Shown here: one piece after another, positions 30,101 through 37,635 of the stretch | Numbering within the stretch: position 1 is the stretch's first letter | How the letters are laid out: each line of letters opens with the position of its first letter | Source: a virus | Taxonomy: Duplodnaviria; Caudoviricetes | Direction: 5' to 3' (one strand) | DNA length: 58,837 bases | Virus record (IMG/VR): IMGVR_UViG_3300028025_002566 | Coordinates: 1 to 58,837 of that record | Made by a program: the position numbers and the translations under genes | The notes under the pieces: generated by a model | Seen by the model: the letters and a program-made list of their open reading frames with translations, nothing else | What the model was told of the DNA's origin: nothing | Database searches by the model: none

Positions 30101-30940
30101 TTCCAGAAGTGGACAGAAGGTTTTTTTAAAGTCACTGGTTTGACTTCAATGACTACCATTACTCGTAATGCTAAGTTAGGTATTGCTGCAGATGCTATCA
30201 ATAGCTGGTTATCTATTGTTAAGTCAGGTGACCCAACAGATCAAGCAGTAATTGATGCCAAAGAACATTTAGTTCGATTAGGTATTGACTATGATTACAT
30301 GAATAATATTACTAAACATAGTATTGATTCAGAACAAAGAGTCTTAGACAACCTTCAAAGAGGTGCATACAACTTTATTAACGAAGCTGTGGTTATTCCT
30401 TCACAACTTAACAGACCTAAGTTCTACAGTGATCCTTACCTTAGATTGTTTACTCAATTCCAAGGCTACACATCTACTTTTACTGCTAACGTATTACCCA
30501 GATTAATTACTGATTTAAACCGTAAGGGTTCAGCAGATCAAGGTAATGCTGCAGCCACTATTGCTATGATGTTTGCTTTAGCTATGCTTGCTTTGTATAT
30601 TAAAGATATGATTAAGTATGGTGAATCACCACCTGAATGGCTCAAGGATGATAAGCAATTCCAAAGAGCTATTGGTCAAATGGGTATTTTAGGTACTGGT
30701 CAACGGGTATGGGATACAGTATCTGATATTACCGGAAACGATAAGTACAGTAAGACTGTTCTTGGCGATGTATATGAAAACATTTCTAATCAATCACCAC
30801 AACTAGCTTATATCAACAGGGTTAACTCAGCCCTCTCTGCCCAAGAAGGCAAAGAAATTGAGAAGGGTGCAAGGCTGCTTCCGATCTTCGGGACATCTCC
30901 CGCCTTTGCTAAATATCTTCAGAAAACACTCGGAGAGTAA
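27152..30940 (+). CDS. Large internal virion protein with an N-terminal thermonuclease-like domain
   Basis: DADT..VRMRGINAAE..DKYNR; C-terminal RLFTQFQGY resembling large podoviral ejection proteins; no Cys. Confidence 0.7.
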   Translation: MDRLEKVLSDIGIDVSSIPRASDFKVGENTLKDADTFTTADGTPVRMRGINAAETSKVDPSRGAFEGSQPGADTQTKIVGDIARQGNFTTPIVTEEVDKYNRRMGDLADPYGNKLTTKLLEMGVVNPSLTPTLDQTNSMYWGRIDRQQRINQGRKTEADLLLDKLNEERNQFGVRAKVFTPDAKSFGASVDDAGRSDYFAGPAIVREGEDRTGKATSNLSTGLDIGFAQMQQGLFGAIDLIGKTTGSEFLSNVGTSNVRALKSELESLPYLRNAEAIDEKGNWKLDSFSKLTDYLVGTAASSAPQMIVSLASAFAAPATFGLSLSAPAAIYTGNVWNEQKEKNAGTALISGITQAALDRLGIAGLVKAPNLNITSTATQELVKAQLLKKGFSKEAAEAMIVKATQASVKDVADAARIVAARQQLGALNIGKAVGMGAVSEGPTEGLQELVQYFGETSSLNVPEGEEYSKLKNRVLNATVGGALLGGTIGGTGAVARNLTFSDKTVNRSNDVEFREQFKGNVPYATEVANEAFNSNQEVSLDKLAEAEAIKRSTQGIPSKLSSWWEDKGISSLWDKWSNTIMGDNVHKSKYTAALATLLGAGNPLNGSSITDQQALLETNIHKHFGTKEEMESMFNGMNSKNISILLSNPKVLDLMERLVRRKKAQFAENMDNVVGKFDLDTELGEYAQYKDGIVEYANRIDNLISTYNNATNSQLRFDDFVEQRPLDKTVVSRYFKQFVSDLSDTLGLSQQEATKIANSVLDNNNINSMEDALDDILNFDVASLKNKDELAKKLYTPENRGKFQKYFSHDIVDNAYTLSARGAAKNINTNLIGKDGSKLAALIQAAKDNGDITEQEASFMAKEIKDFLDMRAGKYHPITNPYVRGALSTVNFLSTITSLPLAAISSTVEFAQVYRNLNKPQSIKATRILLNTFGKEFGSLFKELGASVTNKGTKPVEHRIALSNAGYLREGGIAHRNDIMSGYFQKWTEGFFKVTGLTSMTTITRNAKLGIAADAINSWLSIVKSGDPTDQAVIDAKEHLVRLGIDYDYMNNITKHSIDSEQRVLDNLQRGAYNFINEAVVIPSQLNRPKFYSDPYLRLFTQFQGYTSTFTANVLPRLITDLNRKGSADQGNAAATIAMMFALAMLALYIKDMIKYGESPPEWLKDDKQFQRAIGQMGILGTGQRVWDTVSDITGNDKYSKTVLGDVYENISNQSPQLAYINRVNSALSAQEGKEIEKGARLLPIFGTSPAFAKYLQKTLGE

Positions 30941-30943
30941 ATA

Positions 30944-33900
30944 ATGGCTATTAATGTCAATGTACCTAGTCAGGTACCACCAATCGGTAATAAGTTCTTA
31001 GAACAACAACTTGCCAACCAAGCTGCTGCAAGGGCAAACGCCCAAGCAGAACTTCCTGTTAACATGCAGTCTACTGGTACACCCTTTCAAGGTAATGTAC
31101 CACCTGTACCTACTATGCCAACAGAAGAGGAGTATCAATCTTTTGCTGCTCCTAGTTTCCAACAACAAGAAATGGAACCACAACCCTTTAATGATGTTGT
31201 GGATGTACAAAGGGAAACTCTTTCAGCAACTGGTGAGTTAACTCCTTATGATGTAAGGCTACAACAATTAGAGGCTGAGAAAGCAAAACAAGCTCAGTTA
31301 GCTCAATCAGTTAATATTGATTGGGAATCACAGCAAGAGCTACGGGATGCGTTCCCTGAAGCTGTACTACCTACACAAGCAGGTACTATCCAACGTGCAG
31401 CTAAGGATGTTGGTGAAGCACTGTCTCGTAGTATGGTTAGCCTTACTGAAGAAGGTAGTGCTACACCTGTAGACTTATCCGGTATGACTTATCTTAAGCA
31501 AGGCCTTGGTTTAAGTACTAAGCAAGTAGCTTCTAACATCACATTAGCTGCTAACATGATTGCACCTATGCTTGCTGGTGCTGCTAAAACCGGTAATGGT
31601 GAAATTCAGACTGACGAAAAAGATACATTTGACTACTTGGATTCTATTCTTTCCCAAGAGGGTGATGTAGCTATCCCAAAGAGTGCTGTCAATGGCGGTG
31701 TTCCCTTAGATGTTGTTGAACAAACATTAGGTAGACTAGTTAAAAGTTATGCTAAAGGTACTCAGGTAGATGAGACTAATAATCCATTAGACCCTCGTAC
31801 CATGAAGGGTCAGAACGTAGATGCTCAGTCAGCTGGTGCTACTGCTGTTAACGCTCTTGTTGATGCTGATATTCTTACATTAGATAATGCACTCGATGGT
31901 ACTCGTATCGTTCGATTAAACCCAGTATTTGGTACTGAGTTTTATTCTAATGGCCGTAACTTAAGACGTACTTTAGGTGAGGCTGGTGCAGGTATGTCTC
32001 AGACAGTACCTGTTACTGAAGAGGGTAACTATGCTGGTGCTATGCGTAATATTCGCAGAGGTGATAAACAAAAAGTTAACTTTGAAAAATTAGATAATGT
32101 TACTGAAGCTAAACGTATTGCCGGTAGTATTGGTAGGTTAGTTGGTCCCGGTAAGGCTTATATTGGTGCAATGATGTATGGTAATGCTCTTATTGAAGCT
32201 CAAAATAACCCACAAAACCCTGCACCATTCAGTACTCTTAATTTATTTAAGATTACTAAACGAGATGTAGAAGAAGGTAGCCCTGTTGTTAAGGATAAGT
32301 TAAATAACCTTGGTAAAGAACTTACTATGCTTGCTAATGCTTTAGCTCAAGGTAATCCAAGGTATACCCCTCATTGGGAAGACTATTCAGTACACCGCTT
32401 GTACAACGATACGTTAGACTTTAACGAACAACGTAATAAGTTTACCAGAGGTATTACTAATGGCATTGGTAATCCATTTATGATGGATAGTAATTATCAT
32501 GAGACAGGTGTAAACAGATTTACCGCTGAGAAATACTGGGATAGAGTAGGTAACAAAGCAAGGTCAGGTAACTTTGATGTTGGTAGTTTGTCTTCACAAG
32601 AAAGAGAATTAGGATTCCTAATGACTCTTGGTCGAGTACTAGATGTTGGTCGTACTGTAGGTATGACTACTGAAAACATGACTGCTCCCGGTATCCTTGA
32701 AGCTGTTACTCCTAAGTTCTTGATTGAAGCTGCTCAAGTAGGATCATTATTAAAGTCAATTGTACCATCAACTAAACGCGATATTTATAACGCTATGGTT
32801 GATCCTCAAACGATAGATCCTACTAAGTTAACTAATGAACAGAAAGTTGCTTTACAAACTCTGCTAGATAACTCTGACAGAGAAACTTGGGGTTACGTAC
32901 TACAGGCTTATGTAGATGCATCTAACTATTTGGATGCTAAAAAAGGTAACAAACCATTCCTACCTAAAGCAACTGTAGCTATCGATATGAACTCTGCTGG
33001 TAGAGCGTTCTTAGCTATGGACATTGGTGAGATGAACGTTATTGAGCGTGTTGGTTTGTTATGGGAGTCTGCCGACAGAGATGGTGTATTTGATGACACA
33101 CAACCTGAAGGTAACCCAAGAACTTACTTCGTTGATGTAGCTAAGAAGCAAAGTATTGATAAAGCATTTGGTTTAGATCAACGTGAAAAGGCTTTAAAGT
33201 TTAAAGAACTGCTTAATAAGTATGAGAGCAGAGCATTCAATAAATCATTAGCCAAGAAAGTACTACTTACTACTGATTATGGTAAACCATTAGCTTATCA
33301 CTTAGAAGAAGCAAGAGCCTTCCTTAAAGATCATCCCGATTTTACTGATGAATTAGTAACATACTATAACGGTGATACAGAAGCAGCTATCAAGGACATC
33401 AATGAGATCTTTAAGTTTACACTTAAGGATGTTGTATCTGAATGGCAATTTGTATTACCAAAGAAAATGGTTAAAGTACTTCAGATGCTTGGTCGAGTGC
33501 CACATCCTGAAGGTTTATATGGTGAGAAGATGAGCCTTGGTAATATGAGTCCTGTTGAAACAGGCACTACTGTTACAATTGGTTCAGGCGCTAATGAGCG
33601 TAAGGTAAAGCTTACTCGTGCTATGTTTAACCCATTAGCAGCTGCTAAACCAAAGACATTCGAAGATGGTACTGTATGGGAACCCGGTGAAGGTACTGCC
33701 GCAATTAATCAGATCGGCCCATTACTAGGTCAGTATAGGGAGTCTGCATTAGTCATTGATACAATGAACTATGTTAACGGCGGTAAAGATCCTGCCAAGA
33801 TGATGTATATGTTACCTGTATTCGATAACTTTATTACAGATGCTACCAGTTATCCGTATGTGTTATACACTGCCAACAATATTATTGCACCTAAAGTATT

Positions 33901-34354
33901 TGAATGGGATATCCAAAAACCATTTAAAGAAGATTTTGAAAAGCAGTTAAGAGAAGCTTTTGCTGATATCCAAAAACAAGGTGAGATTGTTATTGATAGT
34001 CGCAGCCCTTATCGTGGTTTATTTGTTACATTAGATCGCGAGTATGGTTATATTCAGGATAGTAAGAACCTATCGCAAGCTCAAAAAGAGTTTAAAGAAG
34101 TATTAGATAACCCTAAGAGTGGTTATGTTAACCCTTCTGAAAGATCAGGAGCTACTGTTCTTACTCCAGCACAAGTAACATTACTTGTAAAAGCTGCTGT
34201 AGTTTATTTTGATATTTCAGGTCAACGATCTGCTAAGTCAAATAATGAAGGTGGTTTAAATAGCTGGATTAATCGTGGATTGGAAAAGAAACGTAAGGCT
34301 ATGGACAAAGTAAAACAAAAAGCTAAACAAGGCAAGATTTATTTCATGACTTAA
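30944..34354 (+). CDS. Putative virion-encapsidated single-subunit RNA polymerase (divergent T7/N4-vRNAP fold)
   Basis: EDYSVHRLY..FNEQRNK (DxxGR region), AIDMNSAG (motif A), KSLAKKVLLTTDYG (motif B), PVFDNF (motif C) in order; no Cys; last gene of the ejection cluster. Confidence 0.75.
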   Translation: MAINVNVPSQVPPIGNKFLEQQLANQAAARANAQAELPVNMQSTGTPFQGNVPPVPTMPTEEEYQSFAAPSFQQQEMEPQPFNDVVDVQRETLSATGELTPYDVRLQQLEAEKAKQAQLAQSVNIDWESQQELRDAFPEAVLPTQAGTIQRAAKDVGEALSRSMVSLTEEGSATPVDLSGMTYLKQGLGLSTKQVASNITLAANMIAPMLAGAAKTGNGEIQTDEKDTFDYLDSILSQEGDVAIPKSAVNGGVPLDVVEQTLGRLVKSYAKGTQVDETNNPLDPRTMKGQNVDAQSAGATAVNALVDADILTLDNALDGTRIVRLNPVFGTEFYSNGRNLRRTLGEAGAGMSQTVPVTEEGNYAGAMRNIRRGDKQKVNFEKLDNVTEAKRIAGSIGRLVGPGKAYIGAMMYGNALIEAQNNPQNPAPFSTLNLFKITKRDVEEGSPVVKDKLNNLGKELTMLANALAQGNPRYTPHWEDYSVHRLYNDTLDFNEQRNKFTRGITNGIGNPFMMDSNYHETGVNRFTAEKYWDRVGNKARSGNFDVGSLSSQERELGFLMTLGRVLDVGRTVGMTTENMTAPGILEAVTPKFLIEAAQVGSLLKSIVPSTKRDIYNAMVDPQTIDPTKLTNEQKVALQTLLDNSDRETWGYVLQAYVDASNYLDAKKGNKPFLPKATVAIDMNSAGRAFLAMDIGEMNVIERVGLLWESADRDGVFDDTQPEGNPRTYFVDVAKKQSIDKAFGLDQREKALKFKELLNKYESRAFNKSLAKKVLLTTDYGKPLAYHLEEARAFLKDHPDFTDELVTYYNGDTEAAIKDINEIFKFTLKDVVSEWQFVLPKKMVKVLQMLGRVPHPEGLYGEKMSLGNMSPVETGTTVTIGSGANERKVKLTRAMFNPLAAAKPKTFEDGTVWEPGEGTAAINQIGPLLGQYRESALVIDTMNYVNGGKDPAKMMYMLPVFDNFITDATSYPYVLYTANNIIAPKVFEWDIQKPFKEDFEKQLREAFADIQKQGEIVIDSRSPYRGLFVTLDREYGYIQDSKNLSQAQKEFKEVLDNPKSGYVNPSERSGATVLTPAQVTLLVKAAVVYFDISGQRSAKSNNEGGLNSWINRGLEKKRKAMDKVKQKAKQGKIYFMT

Positions 34355-34356
34355 GC

Positions 34357-34406
34357 AAATAAAAACCCTACTAGGAATTATCCTGGTAGGGTTATTTTTT
34401 TTTTTT
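34357..34406. terminator. Bidirectional terminator between the two convergent arms
   Basis: aaccctactagga-atta-tcctggtagggtt flanked by an A-tract and a long T-tract. Confidence 0.88.
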
Positions 34407-34701
34407 ATTTAACTGATAGTAATTGATTATACATATCTAGTGCTTGAGCACGATTAGCTCCTGCAACTTCTTTAGCTTCTTCTTCAGTATAAGGGCGACC
34501 TGTCATATCGTTAACGACATTAGGTAATCCTGATACAGATTGTTTGTAAATTTCATTCATCACATATGGACCAAGTTCTTTGGTGTATAGTAGTTCATCA
34601 GGAACATATACACCTACATCGCGCATATCTGCTTGGAATGTATGGTCATCATAATTATGACCGCGTAACGCTTGTACGTTATAGCTTTTTAACTGAGACA
34701 T
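34405..34701 (-). CDS. Hypothetical protein
   Basis: ORF track. Confidence 0.7.
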   Translation of the reverse strand: MSQLKSYNVQALRGHNYDDHTFQADMRDVGVYVPDELLYTKELGPYVMNEIYKQSVSGLPNVVNDMTGRPYTEEEAKEVAGANRAQALDMYNQLLSVK

Positions 34702-35120
34702 GATTTAACCTTCCAATGTAACTTGGAGACACCTGTCATATAGTCTCCGATAAATGTTTCTAAGGCACCGTGACCTTCAGCACCTGCCTCTGTGTAAAGA
34801 ATTTGAGCAGACATGTGAATGCTATCCAGTGCTTTAGTCAAGTCATCTAGCATAGCCTTATCTGTTTTTGCTTTATTATCTAAAGTAAAGTTAGATTCTT
34901 CGGCATATTCTTTAAGACTAGTCATACACATGTTACCCATCTGACGACACTGTTCATTAAGGTCATCGTGGGCAGTGCTTAAATACTCATATACTTCCTG
35001 CAATAATGTATGGTACTGAGGGAAATTAGGACCGGTAATATTTAAATGATATACTTGTGACTTAAAGTATACAATAAAATTATCACTGATCAGTGTTTTT
35101 AGTTTGCTCTGGCAGCTCAT
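34689..35120 (-). CDS. dps: Dps / ferritin-like protein
   Basis: YHLNITGPNFPQYHTLLQEVY...DDLNEQCRQMG, KLHW. Confidence 0.85.
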   Translation of the reverse strand: MSCQSKLKTLISDNFIVYFKSQVYHLNITGPNFPQYHTLLQEVYEYLSTAHDDLNEQCRQMGNMCMTSLKEYAEESNFTLDNKAKTDKAMLDDLTKALDSIHMSAQILYTEAGAEGHGALETFIGDYMTGVSKLHWKVKSCLS

Positions 35121-35229
35121 TATTATCTTTCTGTTCTTGTTCTACTTTCTTTTTACCAAAGATAGTATCCCAATTGTTCTTATATTGTTCTTCGTTAGTA
35201 GGTCTACGACCTGAACCTTTACCTGACAT
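35083..35229 (-). CDS. Small protein (48 aa, MSGKGSGRRP...NWDTIF)
   Basis: Read from sequence; GAGGA SD. Confidence 0.6.
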   Translation of the reverse strand: MSGKGSGRRPTNEEQYKNNWDTIFGKKKVEQEQKDNNELPEQTKNTDQ

Positions 35230-35387
35230 ATTATTCCTCAGCTAGTTTGGTATTACCAAGCTTGTACCGACCGAAACCCATTTGCACTTTAATACCATTA
35301 AGTTCGGTATCAATCCAATAAGCACGATCATCATTAATGTAGTCTTCTTCTGTTAAGGGAGGACACATATCCTCAATATCGTGTTCG

Positions 35388-35756
35388 TTAATCATCGGCT
35401 AATAACTCATGTAAAGATACTGTTGCATCATTGTATTTTTCTGTATTACGGTTCTTACGTAGCTTAACTTCTTTTTGTTTGTTGTTGTACAACTCTTCAA
35501 ATACAGAAATACTATCTGCGTAGTATACCCTTGCAGCTGCAATTTCAGATAGCAACAAGTCAAGTTTATTAAGTTTTTCTTTAGCATCTTTAGGATTCAT
35601 AGCATAGAAGTCTAATGATACCTTACGACTACAATCAGAGATATTAATATCAATATCAATAGAATATTCTGTAAAGTTACCTGTACATTCAATAGCCGCC
35701 ATTCCTTGCTTTTTATTTAAGAACTTACGGGAATGATATTTATTATTCTTTGACAT
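35388..35756 (-). CDS. Hypothetical protein
   Basis: ORF track. Confidence 0.7.
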   Translation of the reverse strand: MSKNNKYHSRKFLNKKQGMAAIECTGNFTEYSIDIDINISDCSRKVSLDFYAMNPKDAKEKLNKLDLLLSEIAAARVYYADSISVFEELYNNKQKEVKLRKNRNTEKYNDATVSLHELLADD

Positions 35757-35885
35757 TAACTTTACCTTGTTGATGCGTACGACCCGGACCCTTCTTAGTG
35801 AAGCTTAGGGATTTACCACGGGAATGTAGTTTAAGTAGTGTTTCGTCACCGAGAATAGTGAAGTAAAATTGTTGTGCTAAATTCA

Positions 35886-36110
35886 TTATGCTAATTCCTT
35901 ATATGCGTTTTCAAATACAGATTTAGGAGACCAAGAAACATATCCTGTATACTGATTGGTATTAGCTTTACCACCATCAGTATACTCTACTAAGAAACCT
36001 TCATCATCTGGATTTTCATCTGCAGGAACAGTCCATCCACGAAAATCATTGTACTGCTGGCGAGTCATTGGAGTTGCATTAACATATTTAATGCCAATAT
36101 ATTTTTTCAT
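35886..36110 (-). CDS. Small KYIG/SWSPK-family phage protein (possible nucleotide-signal sponge)
   Basis: MKKYIG..ATPMTR..GFLVEY..YVSWSPKSVFENAY. Confidence 0.7.
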   Translation of the reverse strand: MKKYIGIKYVNATPMTRQQYNDFRGWTVPADENPDDEGFLVEYTDGGKANTNQYTGYVSWSPKSVFENAYKELA

Positions 36111-36131
36111 TTCATACCTTAGAGTTATTAA

Positions 36132-36208
36132 TGGTATCTCGTAGTCGATTCGAACGACTGACCGACAACTTAGAAGGTTGTTGCTCTATCCAACTGAGCT
36201 AACGAGAT
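36132..36208 (-). tRNA. tRNA-Arg(TCT)
   Basis: Acceptor ATCTCGT/ACGAGAT, anticodon arm ACAAC-CTTCTAA-GTTGT, TTCGAAT, CCA. Confidence 0.92.
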
Positions 36209-36212
36209 ATAA

Positions 36213-36291
36213 GTTGCTCCCTTTATTTTACTATGCGGGAGCTACATAGGACGCCTGTTCCGCAGACGACAACGGCACCTAAGGTAGGGTG
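36213..36291 (-). ncRNA. Candidate structured non-tRNA RNA inside the tRNA array
   Basis: Three hairpins, no T-loop or CCA, fills a whole slot between two tRNAs. Confidence 0.45.
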
Positions 36292-36293
36292 TT

Positions 36294-36367
36294 TGGAAGC
36301 GGGTACTGGATTCGAACCAGTGATGCTGCGAGCTTATGAGACTGCAGTAGTGACCACCTTACCCGCT
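36294..36367 (-). tRNA. tRNA with CAT anticodon (Met), irregular D and anticodon arms
   Basis: Acceptor AGCGGGT/ACCCGCT, loop CTCATAA, GGTTCGAATCC, CCA. Confidence 0.75.
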
Positions 36368-36370
36368 ATT

Positions 36371-36447
36371 TGGTCTCAAGAACCGGACTCAAACCAATAA
36401 CCAATGAATTATGAGTTCACTGCTCTAACCAGTTAAGCTATCTTGAG
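36371..36447 (-). tRNA. tRNA with CAT anticodon (Ile2 or Met)
   Basis: Acceptor CTCAAGA/TCTTGAG, GTGAA-CTCATAA-TTCAT, variant T-loop TTTGAGT, CCA. Confidence 0.8.
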
Positions 36448-36453
36448 TGTTTT

Positions 36454-36529
36454 TGGCATACCCCGTAGGACTTGAACCTACAACCTGTAGATTTGGAATC
36501 CACTGCTCTGCCAATTGAGCTAGAGGCAC
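36454..36529 (-). tRNA. tRNA-Trp(CCA)
   Basis: GTGGA-TTCCAAA-TCTAC anticodon arm, GGTTCAAGTCC, CCA. Confidence 0.9.
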
Positions 36530-36538
36530 ATTTGTTTT

Positions 36539-36626
36539 TGGTGGATGCTCTTGGAATCGAACCAAGTGTGCTCCTTGGAGCGGAGGATTTACAATCCCCT
36601 GAAGTCACCAATGCTTCTCAACATCC
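36539..36626 (-). tRNA. tRNA-Tyr(GTA)
   Basis: GGGGA-TTGTAAA-TCCTC, long variable arm, GGTTCGATTCC, CCA. Confidence 0.9.
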
Positions 36627-36630
36627 TTTA

Positions 36631-36646
36631 CTATTAGGAACCGACT
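36631..36646 (-). promoter_or_regulatory. Putative phage RNAP promoter driving the tRNA array
   Basis: rc AGTCGGTTCCTAATAG; the final G is 5 nt before the tRNA-Tyr 5' end. Confidence 0.8.
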
Positions 36647-36657
36647 AATTAAATAGT

Positions 36658-37635
36658 TTACTTAGTAATACTATCCCAAGACCAGTCACCTTCCATACCG
36701 TTAACTGAGTATTCAGTAACACGTTTCTCAAAGAAGTTATCGTGGGATACACCATTAAGAATCCAGTCTAGCCAAGTTAGTGGATTGTCTTTTACTTTGA
36801 AGTTAGTTTTAAGACCTAGTTGAAGCAATCTACGGTCGGTAATATACCGGATATACTGCTTGACATCTTCTTTAGTGATACCTTCAATATCATATTCAGC
36901 AAATGCTAAGTCAATGAAGTTATCTTCAAGACTTACCACATCACGGGCCATCTGATAGATCTTAGACTTGAATTCATCGTTAACTACTTTAAGATGTTCG
37001 TTACAAAACTCCCTGAATAGTCGTGAGTTACCTTCTACGTGTACAGTCTCATCTCGAATAGACCATTCAACAATAGTACTCATACCCTTCATCTTACCAA
37101 ACCGTTGTAGGTTAAGTAGCATAACAAAGGAAGCAAACAAAGATACACCTTCGTTTAGCACTGATTTAGCTAATGATAGAGCTAAACCAGACTGCGTTGA
37201 AGAGTCGGACCTTGCCATAAAGTCGATCTTGTCCGACATTTCTTTGTAGTCAAGGAACTTATGGAACTCTTCATCAGGTAAACCTAGTGTATCATTAAGC
37301 AAAGCATAAGCACGTTGATGAGTACCTTCACGACCAGCAAAGGAACCAAGCATTACTCGTACTTCATTGTTCTTAAACTTAGGGATTAAGTAGTCATAAT
37401 AGTTTTGCCCTACTTGTACGTCACCTTGAGTAAACAAACGAAGGATATTAGTAATAAAATCCTTTTCACTTTCTGTTAGTTTGATTTTCCAATCATTAAC
37501 ATCTTCAGATAAGTCAGCCTCATCCTCTGTCCAGTGGATTTCTTCGTGTTTCTTAGTAATCTCTACAGCCCACTCGTGATTAAATGGTTTGTAGGTTTTA
37601 GAAAAGTTTAGTAATGATGACATATTATCCTTCAC
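36658..37635 (-). CDS. nrdB: Ribonucleotide reductase class Ia beta subunit
   Basis: REGTHQRAY, EGVSLFASF, RDETVH, NFFEKRVTEYS. Confidence 0.95.
   Translation of the reverse strand: MKDNMSSLLNFSKTYKPFNHEWAVEITKKHEEIHWTEDEADLSEDVNDWKIKLTESEKDFITNILRLFTQGDVQVGQNYYDYLIPKFKNNEVRVMLGSFAGREGTHQRAYALLNDTLGLPDEEFHKFLDYKEMSDKIDFMARSDSSTQSGLALSLAKSVLNEGVSLFASFVMLLNLQRFGKMKGMSTIVEWSIRDETVHVEGNSRLFREFCNEHLKVVNDEFKSKIYQMARDVVSLEDNFIDLAFAEYDIEGITKEDVKQYIRYITDRRLLQLGLKTNFKVKDNPLTWLDWILNGVSHDNFFEKRVTEYSVNGMEGDWSWDSITK

Noticed and set aside
36454-36529. Suppressor tRNA or alternative genetic code
   Set aside because: The anticodon is CCA (Trp), and core genes read full length in the standard code
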